This document shows, piece by piece, positions 48,619 to 57,549 of a stretch of 64,000 bases of DNA. Below the pieces are notes generated by a model, which ran no database searches, was not told where the DNA came from, and worked only from the letters and a program-made list of their open reading frames with translations. Source of the DNA: Bacteroidota bacterium. Its GTDB lineage: Bacteria; Bacteroidota; Bacteroidia; Chitinophagales; LD1. The DNA is taken from contig JAFDYN010000002.1 in the NCBI GenBank assembly GCA_018267385.1, positions 130,548 through 194,547 on the forward strand. Direction: 5' to 3'. The position numbers and the translations under genes were made by a program. Every line of letters starts with the position of its first letter. The stretch's first letter is position 1.

Positions 48619-49905
48619 ATGGCTAATAACGCAACACTCACCTACGATGGCAAATCGTACGACCTGCCGGTGATCACAGGTACCGAAAACGAAAGTGCTA
48701 TAGACATCTCTAAGCTCCGCGGCCAGTCCGGCCTCGTGACATATGACGAGGGGTACAAGAATACAGGCGCTACGCAGTCTGCTATCACCTTCCTGGATGG
48801 TGAGAAAGGCATCCTGCGCTACCGTGGCTATAATATAGAAGACCTGGCCGAGAAGGCCACCTTCACTGAGGTCAGCTACCTGCTGCTCTATGGTGAGCTG
48901 CCTACTGCTGAGCAGCTGAAAAAATTTGAGTCTGACCTGACCATGCATACACTGGTGCATGAGAACCTGGTCAAGGTGTTTGAGGTTTTCCCGTCAAAGA
49001 GCCACCCTATGGGCCAGCTCATGACCGCACTCTCTGCATTGTCCTCTTTCTACCCTGAGTCTCTCAACCCTAATAATAAGCCCGAGGAGACAAACATGAC
49101 CATCATCCGCCTGCTGGCCAAAATGCCTACTATCACTGCGATGATCATGAAGAAGGGCAAGGGCCATCCGGTACTCTACCCTCAGAATAAGTACGACTAT
49201 GTGACCAACTTTCTCTATATGACCTTTGGCAATGTGACCAGCGAGTACATGGCCGATCCTGTAGTGGTAGATGCGATGAATAAGCTCCTCATACTGCACG
49301 CAGACCATGAGCAGAACTGCTCTGCCTCTACCGTGCGTATAGTAGGCTCCTCTCACGCTAACCTGTACGCCTCTGTGGCTGCAGGTGCTGCTGCCCTCTG
49401 GGGTCCACGCCACGGCGGTGCCAATCAGGAGGTACTCGAGATGCTGGAAGACATCCAGAACAACTATGGTGGCAATGTAGCCAAAGTAGTAGATGAGGCC
49501 AAGGACAAGAAGCGCCTCCTCTTCGGCTTCGGTCACCGCGTGTACAAAAACTTTGATCCACGTGCCAAGATCATCAAGGTGGCATGTGACAATATCCTCA
49601 ATAAGCTGGGCATCAATGACCCGCTGCTCGAGATAGCCAAGGAGCTGGAGCAAGTGGCCCTCAAGGACCCATACTTCGCAGAGCGCAAGCTGTATCCTAA
49701 CGTAGACTTCTACTCCGGTATCATCTACAAGGCACTGGGCTTCCCTACGCCTATGTTCACTGTTCTCTTTGCCCTGGGCCGTATGCCGGGCTGGGTATCT
49801 CAGTGGAAGGAGATGCGTGAGCGCAAAGAAGACATCGGCCGCCCTCGTCAGATCTACACCGGCGCTACACAGCGTCCGTTCGTAGGCATCAAGGACAGGA
49901 AGTAA
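48619..49905 (+). CDS. gltA: citrate synthase
   Basis: LILHADHEQNCSASTVR, GPRHGGANQEV, GFGHRVYKNFDPRA and the length of 428 aa. Confidence 0.95.
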   Translation: MANNATLTYDGKSYDLPVITGTENESAIDISKLRGQSGLVTYDEGYKNTGATQSAITFLDGEKGILRYRGYNIEDLAEKATFTEVSYLLLYGELPTAEQLKKFESDLTMHTLVHENLVKVFEVFPSKSHPMGQLMTALSALSSFYPESLNPNNKPEETNMTIIRLLAKMPTITAMIMKKGKGHPVLYPQNKYDYVTNFLYMTFGNVTSEYMADPVVVDAMNKLLILHADHEQNCSASTVRIVGSSHANLYASVAAGAAALWGPRHGGANQEVLEMLEDIQNNYGGNVAKVVDEAKDKKRLLFGFGHRVYKNFDPRAKIIKVACDNILNKLGINDPLLEIAKELEQVALKDPYFAERKLYPNVDFYSGIIYKALGFPTPMFTVLFALGRMPGWVSQWKEMRERKEDIGRPRQIYTGATQRPFVGIKDRK

Positions 49906-49919
49906 TTCTCCTACATTAT

Positions 49920-49968
49920 ATCAATAAAGCGAAAAGGCGGGTTGTCCCCGCCTTTTCGCTTTATTGAT
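49920..49968 (+). terminator. terminator formed by a 22-bp perfect-stem palindrome
   Basis: ATCAATAAAGCGAAAAGGCGGG-TTGTC-CCCGCCTTTTCGCTTTATTGAT. Confidence 0.8.
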
Positions 49969-50115
49969 ATCCGACAAATCAGCTTCCAAAAAAATATTTA
50001 TCGAAAACCTGCTATTGTACCAAATATTTTGAAGACTGGCGCGTCCTAATTGGAACAAACATTCTAAATGATCGGATGTTTGATTGTGTTCATTCAAACC
50101 ATAAAAAATTAAGAA

Positions 50116-50859
50116 ATGTCAACTAACAAGAAAGTAGCGCTGATCACTGGCGCCAACAAAGGTATCGGCCTCGAAACAGCTCGCCAGCTCGGCCAGCAAG
50201 GTATCACAGTACTCATAGGAGCCCGCGATGAAAGCCGTGGCAAAGAAGCTGCTGCAAAGCTTACCTCTGAGGGTATAGACGCACATTATATCAAGGTAGA
50301 TATGGAGCAGCCGGCAGGCTTCCAGGCTGTGCATGATGAGATAGCCAGGACCTATGGCAAACTGGATATCCTCGTGAATAACGCAGGCATACAGGCAGAG
50401 GAGGCGGGCTGGGGCCAGAACACGGTGACCTCTACCAGCTATGCAGACCTGCTCAAGACCTTTGATGTAAATGTCTTTAACCTGATAGGTCTCACGCAGA
50501 CACTGCTGCCGCTGATCCGCAAGGCGGATGCTGGCCGTGTGGTCAACCTCTCCAGTATACTGGCGTCGCTACACCTGCATGCTACACCTGGCTCACCTAT
50601 CTATGACTCCAAGGCCTTTGCCTACGATATGTCAAAGACTGCCCTGAACCAGTTCACCGTACACCTGGCCCATGCGCTGAAGGATACCAATATCAAAGTC
50701 AACTCCGCTCACCCGGGATGGGTCAAGACAGATATGGGCACTGATGCTGCACCGATGGAGATACCTGATGGAGCCAAGACCTCAGTGCGACTGGCTACGC
50801 TCCCGGCAGATGGTCCTACAGGAGGCTACTTCCACCTGAATGATACCTTGCCTTGGTAG
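50116..50859 (+). CDS. SDR-family short-chain dehydrogenase/reductase
   Basis: TGANKGIGLE cofactor motif, NNAG and Y..SK catalytic elements. Confidence 0.88.
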   Translation: MSTNKKVALITGANKGIGLETARQLGQQGITVLIGARDESRGKEAAAKLTSEGIDAHYIKVDMEQPAGFQAVHDEIARTYGKLDILVNNAGIQAEEAGWGQNTVTSTSYADLLKTFDVNVFNLIGLTQTLLPLIRKADAGRVVNLSSILASLHLHATPGSPIYDSKAFAYDMSKTALNQFTVHLAHALKDTNIKVNSAHPGWVKTDMGTDAAPMEIPDGAKTSVRLATLPADGPTGGYFHLNDTLPW

Positions 50860-50883
50860 TTTTACCGAGGTTCTCTATATACA

Positions 50884-50911
50884 AAGAAAGCCGGCTTGTG
50901 CCGGCTTTCTT
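50884..50911. terminator. bidirectional terminator between the SDR gene and gldH
   Basis: AAGAAAGCCGGC-TTGT-GCCGGCTTTCTT. Confidence 0.75.
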
Positions 50912-50928
50912 TATTTCTATCTCTTTAG

Positions 50929-51426
50929 TTATTGATTTTGCCCCTGTAGCGGCTTAGCCTTTTCTATCCTAAGGCCTACGCTCTTAATCTTCTCCAGTGG
51001 GTCTACTCGCATATCCTGCCGCAGTGTGAAGGTATACTTGCCCGGCATAGGAAACCTGGCGTCATGCTGGATCATCACCGGCACATCACAGTTATCTCCG
51101 AGGCAGGAGCCGTACCATTTGCCATCCGGCTCACAGAGGGGCAGGTTCACACGCTTCTCCATCTTCTTGCCATCGGGTAGCTGTGTGCCTACCTGCACAT
51201 ATACATTGCGCCAGTCAAACTGAAAGGAATGCCTGAGATTGATGTAGATATTGTATCGTGTAGTAGTGTCCTGTACATCTACAGTGTATGATTTGATATC
51301 AGCGTAAGACCATTTCTCGCTCTTCACGGGAGTATTGGTCTCATAGAGACGGTTAGGATCACAAGACGACAGCAGGACCGCGCTTGCTGCCAGGATCGCC
51401 AGAGATATGCGCTTCATACCAGTCAT
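50929..51426 (-). CDS. gldH: gliding motility lipoprotein GldH
   Basis: About 160-aa lipoprotein (LLSSCD) immediately downstream of a PSP1-domain gene, which is the conserved Bacteroidota arrangement. It has the W..........RH...F.W.N pattern. Confidence 0.72.
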   Translation of the reverse strand: MTGMKRISLAILAASAVLLSSCDPNRLYETNTPVKSEKWSYADIKSYTVDVQDTTTRYNIYINLRHSFQFDWRNVYVQVGTQLPDGKKMEKRVNLPLCEPDGKWYGSCLGDNCDVPVMIQHDARFPMPGKYTFTLRQDMRVDPLEKIKSVGLRIEKAKPLQGQNQ

Positions 51427-51428
51427 TA

Positions 51429-52934
51429 CTATTTAGGTTCGGTATTATCAGCTTTGGGCGCAGTGGGCTTATCGCCTTGAGGTTTATTACCCTGCTGCTT
51501 ATTTCGGTCGCCGCCCTGGCGGTTTTGATTATTGCCTCCCTGATTGCGCTGCTGATTATTGCGATCACCACCTTGGCGGTTCTCATTATTACCACCTTGA
51601 TTACGTTGCTGGTTATTGCGCTCACCCTGAGGCTTCTGGCCCTGCTGATTGCCGCGCTCGCCCTGAGGCTTATTGCGGTCACCTCCCTGGCGGTTCTGGT
51701 TATTGCCACCCTGATTACGCTGCTGATTATTGCGCTCCCCCTGAGGCTTTTGGCCCTGAGATCTCTCACCGCTCTGCTGCTGGCGATCATCTCCACCTTT
51801 GCCGCCACGCTTATTACGCGCCTTATTGCGGTTTTTGCGTGCTTTCTCATCCAGTGAGGTGAGACTCACCTGGCCTACCAGGTCATCATGCTTGGACTCA
51901 TCCACTATCACCTCCTCCACTACATGATAGTTGCCCAGGCTTGCCGGTTTTTTGCCTTGCTTATTCATCCAGATCAGTTCATTCACTGTTTCTACATCCA
52001 GCTTGAATGGCGTGCCACCGTGGCCTTCGTAGGCGTACCAGAGCTGCTTCTTGAGTATCTCCGTCTTGCGTAGGTAGGCTGTGCCCTCCTCTGTCTCAAT
52101 CTTATCAGGATTCTTAGGAAACTTCTTCAGCGCGTCATTGTAGGTATCCAGCTCATAGTTGAGGCAGCACTTCAGCCTGCCGCACTGGCCGCTCATTTTC
52201 TCAGTATTAATGGCGAGGTTTTGGTACCGCACTGCCTGTGTGGTCACCGACTTAAAGTCTGCCAGCCAGGTGGAGCAGCATAGCTCGCGGCCACAGGTGC
52301 CCATACCACCTATGCGGGCGGCCTCCTGGCGCGCACCGATCTGGCGCATCTCTATCTTCACTTTAAAGTCACGGGCATATACCTTCACCAGCTCTCGGAA
52401 GTCCACACGGTCATCAGCAGTATAGTAGATCGTAGCTTTCTTGCCGTCGCCTTGAAACTCGACGTCGCCTATCTTCATATCCAGCTTCAGGCTCTTGGCT
52501 ATGGCACGGGAGCGGATCATAGTCTCTTGCTCCTTGTTGCGGCCATCGAGGTAGGTATTGATATCCTGCTCTCCGGCTACGCGTATCACAGCGCGGATGG
52601 TATCATCACGCTCGCTAACACGGTTCTTTTTCATTTGGGCCTTGACCAGCTCACCCTGCAGGCTCACCTCACCCACATCATATCCTTGTGCTGCCTCTAT
52701 CACCACCAGTTGTCCTTTGGTGAGGCTCAGGTTGGAGCTATTCCGATAGAATCCCTTGCGGGCACCCTTTTTGAAGGCTACCTCTATGATGTTAAAATTC
52801 TCATTGAAAGACAGCGGCATATCTGCCAGCCAGTCGTAGACATTATTCTTATTACAGCCGCCTGTAGAGCAGCCGCCTTTGCTCTGGCAGCCCTGCTCAC
52901 CTCCGGTGGCTGTACCACACGATCCACATCCCAT
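51429..52934 (-). CDS. PSP1 domain protein (YaaT/RicT-like) with a repetitive R/N/Q/G-rich C-terminal extension
   Basis: Cys-rich N terminus and a PSP1 core (CGRLKCCLNYE). The last ~135 aa are tandem low-complexity repeats. Confidence 0.85.
   Translation of the reverse strand: MGCGSCGTATGGEQGCQSKGGCSTGGCNKNNVYDWLADMPLSFNENFNIIEVAFKKGARKGFYRNSSNLSLTKGQLVVIEAAQGYDVGEVSLQGELVKAQMKKNRVSERDDTIRAVIRVAGEQDINTYLDGRNKEQETMIRSRAIAKSLKLDMKIGDVEFQGDGKKATIYYTADDRVDFRELVKVYARDFKVKIEMRQIGARQEAARIGGMGTCGRELCCSTWLADFKSVTTQAVRYQNLAINTEKMSGQCGRLKCCLNYELDTYNDALKKFPKNPDKIETEEGTAYLRKTEILKKQLWYAYEGHGGTPFKLDVETVNELIWMNKQGKKPASLGNYHVVEEVIVDESKHDDLVGQVSLTSLDEKARKNRNKARNKRGGKGGDDRQQQSGERSQGQKPQGERNNQQRNQGGNNQNRQGGDRNKPQGERGNQQGQKPQGERNNQQRNQGGNNENRQGGDRNNQQRNQGGNNQNRQGGDRNKQQGNKPQGDKPTAPKADNTEPK
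51470..51850 (-). repeat. coding tandem repeats (57-bp/19-aa units plus shorter QGQKPQGER units)
   Basis: Units start at 51508, 51565 and 51679 in plus-strand coordinates. They encode DRNNQQRNQGGNNQNRQGG-like repeats. Confidence 0.8.
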
Positions 52935-52968
52935 TTATATAGCTATTGTCACTGTTATTATAATATAT

Positions 52969-52998
52969 AAAAATCCGTCCCTATCTCAGGACGGATTT
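52969..52998 (-). terminator. rho-independent terminator of the NHL-repeat gene
   Basis: AAATCCGTCC-CTATCTCA-GGACGGATTT, with a T run on the minus strand. Confidence 0.65.
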
Positions 52999-53071
52999 CT
53001 TCACCTAGCGAATATAGCACAAAATGTGGATAAATCAGAGGGTTCAAAGTGGTGCCGCAGCCTTGTCACGT

Positions 53072-55822
53072 TTATCTGATCACCGATAGTTTGGCTATGC
53101 CTGATGCGTGCGTTGTTTTGATATGGACGAAGTAGATGCCATCTGCCATAGCAGCCGGTAGGTCTACCGTAATGCTCTTGCTATTTTTTACAGCTCCCAG
53201 GTACACATCCAGCCCTGCTATATCCGTGATGCTGACAGCAGTGATCATATCATCAGCAGTGATGGACACTTTGCCGGTAGTGGGGTTTGGATAGAGGGTT
53301 ATGTTTGCATCGGCTACTTCAGGTATACCACTCGGTTCATAGCCTACCTGGCTGGTATCTGCACCCTCATTGATTTGTATCTGATTCCCTTGATTATCTA
53401 TGGCTACTATATCGCTGATGTAGCCTATATTACTGTAGTAGCTGGAGTATTTGCCACTGATATTATCTGTAGTGATTCTGAAATTGGCTCTGGCTATCGG
53501 TCCATAGCCGCTCCGCGTCTGGTGATCTATTCTGGTCACCGCAGCCTTTATCTGGCCTATACTATTGAGTGTTTTACTGATGGCTATTTTATCGGAATTG
53601 CCTATCCAGGAAGACCCAAAACTCATGCTCGTGAAAGTGGAATCTACTATAGTGGGGTCAAAGTTGTAGGTGAAAGCAAGGCCGTAAATATCATTGGCCT
53701 GCAAAACGCTATCGCCCATCGAAAAAGTGATATTCAATATATCTCCAGCCTGGAGGGTATCACGGCTGCGGTATACATTCAGCATCGGTACTCCTGCACG
53801 AGGGCTGGCTGTAGCAAAGGTCTTTTGATGTGTAAGGCTAAAATTTTGGATAATAGCGTCCGTATCCATCGCATTGATCCGCCCACTGCCATCACAGTCT
53901 GCATGCTTATAGTCTGTGTATGGAAAGTAGCCCCCAAAACGATGAGACCAATCTGCTACCGTATCAGGTTGCCATACGATACTTTGCACGGACCGGCTGG
54001 TACCTGTACTATCGTACCCCAGGCCGAGTGGGAGCAGGTCTATATTATCTACCCGTCCATTGGCGTCAGCATCGCCTGGCCAGACCACAGACTCCGGGCA
54101 GGCAGTGAGCGTCACAGAGTCTGATGTCGTGATACAACCCAGCTCGGTAGATGTGCTCACGGTAGAGTATACTCCGGGATTCGTAGGCAGGTAGGTCGTA
54201 TCTACGCGATCTGCGCGCCATCTTTGCACGTTATAATTTCCCCAATCAGCTACTATGACCGCTCCATCCTTATCAAGAGATACGCCAGTCGTCTTCACAA
54301 TATAGGTTACATTATTGGCATCGCCGGCCACCGTTATCCCATTAGTAGCCGATGTACTACCGTCTGGAAATTTTTGCACCCGGTGATTCCCAAACTCGGC
54401 AACGTAAATATTGCCCGCTGCGTCTCCGGTCAGTCCCCATGGATAGCTCGTCTGATTGGCAGCCCTGCCTATACCATTACCCCCAGCCACAGTAGTACCA
54501 TTGGTAGCAGACGTGCCATTGGGCGGAAATTTCTGTACGCGGTGATTATAAAAGTCGGAGACGAAAATATTGCCAGCCGCGTCTACATAGACGCCCTTAG
54601 GTTGATGAAATTGATTGTTGGCGGTACCGGAGCCATTTCCTCCTGCTACCACTATACCATTTGTAGCAGAGGTGCTACCCGCCGGAAACTTTAGTATTCG
54701 GTTATTATTGCCATCCGCTACATAGATATTGCCGGTATTATCTACATATATGCTTTGAGCGCCACTGAATTGATTGAGCGCATTGCCATCCCCGTTTCCA
54801 CCGGCCACTGTGACACCTGCCGTGAAAGCGGTACTATGCGCCGGATATTTCTGGATGCGGGCGTGGCCGGTATCCAGCACGTAGATTTCCCCACCGGGAG
54901 TGACAAAAATGTCAATCGCACCGTTCAGGTATAAAGCTCCACTACCTACTGAAACGAGGCCAGCCACGACGGTTCCAATTGTAGTATCAGTACTATGTGG
55001 AGGGAACCTGACGATAACGTCATTATAATAATCGGCAGCATAGAGATAGCCTGCACTATCCTCCATGGCCTTGGTGGGGCCGATACGCTCGATCATATTT
55101 CCCGTCGGCAGCACCATCTGCGTTGCTATGATCTCCTGCGGAAATTTAGCGTCCAACACGAGCGAGTCGCCCATATACCACTTTATCGAGTATGCATCTG
55201 AGGCCTGCAGTACCAACGTATCCTGTCCGGCACAGTCGCCCTTTACCGTCAGTAGAGGTACCGGTGGTGCCTGGTTGTATTTGATGATATAGTCACGTGC
55301 TGTATCTGTAGTGGCACAGGTGGCAGATGATATGACCATCACAGAAAATGTATCTCTGCCAGGTGCTAATAGCGTGTTGAACAGCGGCGTATTGCCGCCG
55401 GTTAATACTCCGTGATCGTACCAATAGTAAACTGGCAAAGCTCCCCCACCTACTACTGTGGCATAAAAAGTGTCCATTACATTGCTGCATAAATTCCAGT
55501 AGGTATCCATCAGCCTTACGGTCGGGGTGATAGCGGTATCTACAGTAATGGTGACCGAATCAACACCTGATGACGACTGCCAGATGAGCAAATAGCGCCC
55601 CCTTATATCAAAACCGCTGACAGCCGTGCTACCAGAGGAGGTATCAGATATCAGCAGCGCTGAAGGATTGGCCCCCGGCTGGGACCACCTACCCATGCCC
55701 GTCGCCTGCATAGTAGTATTTGTGTGCAGGCAGATGAGCTGGTCCGGTCCTGCAGATTGTGCATCACAAGTGTGAGCAAACATGGTCAGTAGTATGGCTA
55801 GAAAGTGAGTTTTCAATCTCAT
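53072..55822 (-). CDS. NHL-repeat beta-propeller protein with dockerin-like and cohesin-like modules and a T9SS C-terminal domain
   Basis: Repeated IYVAD..N.RI.KFP NHL motifs and two EF-hand-like dockerin repeats (GDADANGRVDNIDLL and DCDGSGRINAMDTDAI). The C terminus is ITLYPNPTTGKVSI...GIYFVHIKT....KLSVIR. Confidence 0.8.
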   Translation of the reverse strand: MRLKTHFLAILLTMFAHTCDAQSAGPDQLICLHTNTTMQATGMGRWSQPGANPSALLISDTSSGSTAVSGFDIRGRYLLIWQSSSGVDSVTITVDTAITPTVRLMDTYWNLCSNVMDTFYATVVGGGALPVYYWYDHGVLTGGNTPLFNTLLAPGRDTFSVMVISSATCATTDTARDYIIKYNQAPPVPLLTVKGDCAGQDTLVLQASDAYSIKWYMGDSLVLDAKFPQEIIATQMVLPTGNMIERIGPTKAMEDSAGYLYAADYYNDVIVRFPPHSTDTTIGTVVAGLVSVGSGALYLNGAIDIFVTPGGEIYVLDTGHARIQKYPAHSTAFTAGVTVAGGNGDGNALNQFSGAQSIYVDNTGNIYVADGNNNRILKFPAGSTSATNGIVVAGGNGSGTANNQFHQPKGVYVDAAGNIFVSDFYNHRVQKFPPNGTSATNGTTVAGGNGIGRAANQTSYPWGLTGDAAGNIYVAEFGNHRVQKFPDGSTSATNGITVAGDANNVTYIVKTTGVSLDKDGAVIVADWGNYNVQRWRADRVDTTYLPTNPGVYSTVSTSTELGCITTSDSVTLTACPESVVWPGDADANGRVDNIDLLPLGLGYDSTGTSRSVQSIVWQPDTVADWSHRFGGYFPYTDYKHADCDGSGRINAMDTDAIIQNFSLTHQKTFATASPRAGVPMLNVYRSRDTLQAGDILNITFSMGDSVLQANDIYGLAFTYNFDPTIVDSTFTSMSFGSSWIGNSDKIAISKTLNSIGQIKAAVTRIDHQTRSGYGPIARANFRITTDNISGKYSSYYSNIGYISDIVAIDNQGNQIQINEGADTSQVGYEPSGIPEVADANITLYPNPTTGKVSITADDMITAVSITDIAGLDVYLGAVKNSKSITVDLPAAMADGIYFVHIKTTHASGIAKLSVIR

Positions 55823-56000
55823 ATGTCAGAATTTAAAAGTACAGGATTACATTCCCTTTCATGATGCAAATAAATGGAAGGCTTAACGGCAAAAAAAGTA
55901 CATTAAAGGATCTATATACACTACTTTTTACCAAAACAGTAAATGATAAAATTGGTTTATATACCCAAACTTTTATTAAGATGCCTATCTTTATTGAATA

Positions 56001-57416
56001 ATGCTTCAAACCAAGCCGGATCAAATCCTTCGCTGCCTCTCTCAGCCAGAGCTGAACCGGCTAGACCGCTTCATGCCGGGTGCCCGTGCTGATGATCATG
56101 TGCTGGCCTGCTGGGAGTATATCCGTATATTCTATAAGGAGCGTATACCTGAGGCGCTGAGTAAGGAAAATGTCTGGAAGGCAGCCTTCGGCAAGAAGAA
56201 GTTTGCTGCGCTACGCTATGCGCGCCTGCTGTCAGACCTGACGAAGGCGATAGAGCGCTTTCTGCTGCAGGAGTATTTATCCCAGCACGATACCGAGCGA
56301 AACCTGATGCTGCTGGATATCTACAATACCAGAGCGCTCCCCTCCTGCGCAGCACCTATGGTAAAGGCCGTCAATGACACAGTGAGCAAAAACGATCTTC
56401 GTGATGCAGCATACTACATGGATCGCTACCGTGCAGATGAGCTGCAGAATACTTTCATAGAAAACCTGGATCGGCGCGATAGCGAGAAACACCTCACTGC
56501 TACTATGCAGAGCCTGGACTGCTACTATGTGATCCAAAAGCTGAAATACTATGCCTCGGCGCTGCACTATGAAAAGTTTCTAAATACACCATCAGAGATA
56601 CAACATATGTCCGTGGTGCTGGAGATGGCTGCACATACCCACCTGAGTGACGTGCCGCTCATCAGGATCTATCTCGCCATCATCCATACACTGCAGGAGA
56701 AAGACGGTGATGCCAACTTTGAACTATTGCGCAGCCTGCTATCGGAGTATATACATCTTTTCCCCGCCGCAGAGGCGGAGCAGCTTTATGCATTTGCTGT
56801 GAACTACTGTATCCGTATGATCAACCAGGGCGATCTATCATATGTTCAGAAGATACTTTCACTCTACAAGCAGCAGCTGAAAGACGGTCTGCTCACACAT
56901 AGTGGTACTATGTCTCCCTGGGAGTTTAAAAACATCGTGACCATCGCTCTCAGGGCAAAGGAACTAAAGTGGACGGCTGAGTTTATCGAAGCTTATATCG
57001 CCTATATTCCGCAGCGGGACCGAAGCAATGCTTATAGATTCAACATGGCCCGCTACACTTTTGCCGCAGGCAAATATGACCGGGTGCTGGAGCTGCTCGG
57101 ATCGGTGGAGTATAATGATGTCTTCTATCAGCTTGATGCCAAAGCTACCCTCATGAAGACCTACTACGAGCTGGGCGAATACCAGCCTTTGCAGTCGCTT
57201 AGTGAAAGTTTCCGCATACTCCTAAGCCGGAAGCGACTCATATCAGACACTCAGCGGGCAGTATACGGCAATTTTGTGCGCTATACGCTCAAACTTTTCC
57301 GCGCAGATGTGAAGGACCGCAAAAAGATGGCACAACTCACCCATGACATCAATAAAGTAAAACAACTGGCAGACAAGAGCTGGATCATGGAGAAGCTGGG
57401 GGAGCTGAGTACGTAG
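56001..57416 (+). CDS. hypothetical protein (helical, possibly TPR-like)
   Basis: 471-aa ORF with clean coding composition. I recognised no motif. Confidence 0.55.
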   Translation: MLQTKPDQILRCLSQPELNRLDRFMPGARADDHVLACWEYIRIFYKERIPEALSKENVWKAAFGKKKFAALRYARLLSDLTKAIERFLLQEYLSQHDTERNLMLLDIYNTRALPSCAAPMVKAVNDTVSKNDLRDAAYYMDRYRADELQNTFIENLDRRDSEKHLTATMQSLDCYYVIQKLKYYASALHYEKFLNTPSEIQHMSVVLEMAAHTHLSDVPLIRIYLAIIHTLQEKDGDANFELLRSLLSEYIHLFPAAEAEQLYAFAVNYCIRMINQGDLSYVQKILSLYKQQLKDGLLTHSGTMSPWEFKNIVTIALRAKELKWTAEFIEAYIAYIPQRDRSNAYRFNMARYTFAAGKYDRVLELLGSVEYNDVFYQLDAKATLMKTYYELGEYQPLQSLSESFRILLSRKRLISDTQRAVYGNFVRYTLKLFRADVKDRKKMAQLTHDINKVKQLADKSWIMEKLGELST

Positions 57417-57426
57417 CTTCGCTAGT

Positions 57427-57458
57427 GGGTAGGGACGGTTCGCGGCCTGTCTCTACCC
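57427..57458. repeat. imperfect GC-rich palindrome related to 18857..18886
   Basis: GGGTAGGGACGGTTCG|CGGCCTGTCTCTACCC has GTAG(G/A)G...CTCTAC ends and a central TCGCG core, like the clpX-distal palindrome. Confidence 0.4.
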
Positions 57459-57549
57459 AAACATCTTGAACCTAAGTCCTCATTTTTCCTTTTCTACCAA
57501 AATCACTTACTTTCAACCCTCATACATTTAAAACAGTAAAACACAAGAT

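Noticed and set aside
51359-51857. 163-aa and 157-aa ORFs on both strands within the PSP1 3' repeat region.
   Set aside because: They are by-products of the 57-bp tandem repeats. The minus-strand PSP1 frame runs continuously from a conserved core domain.
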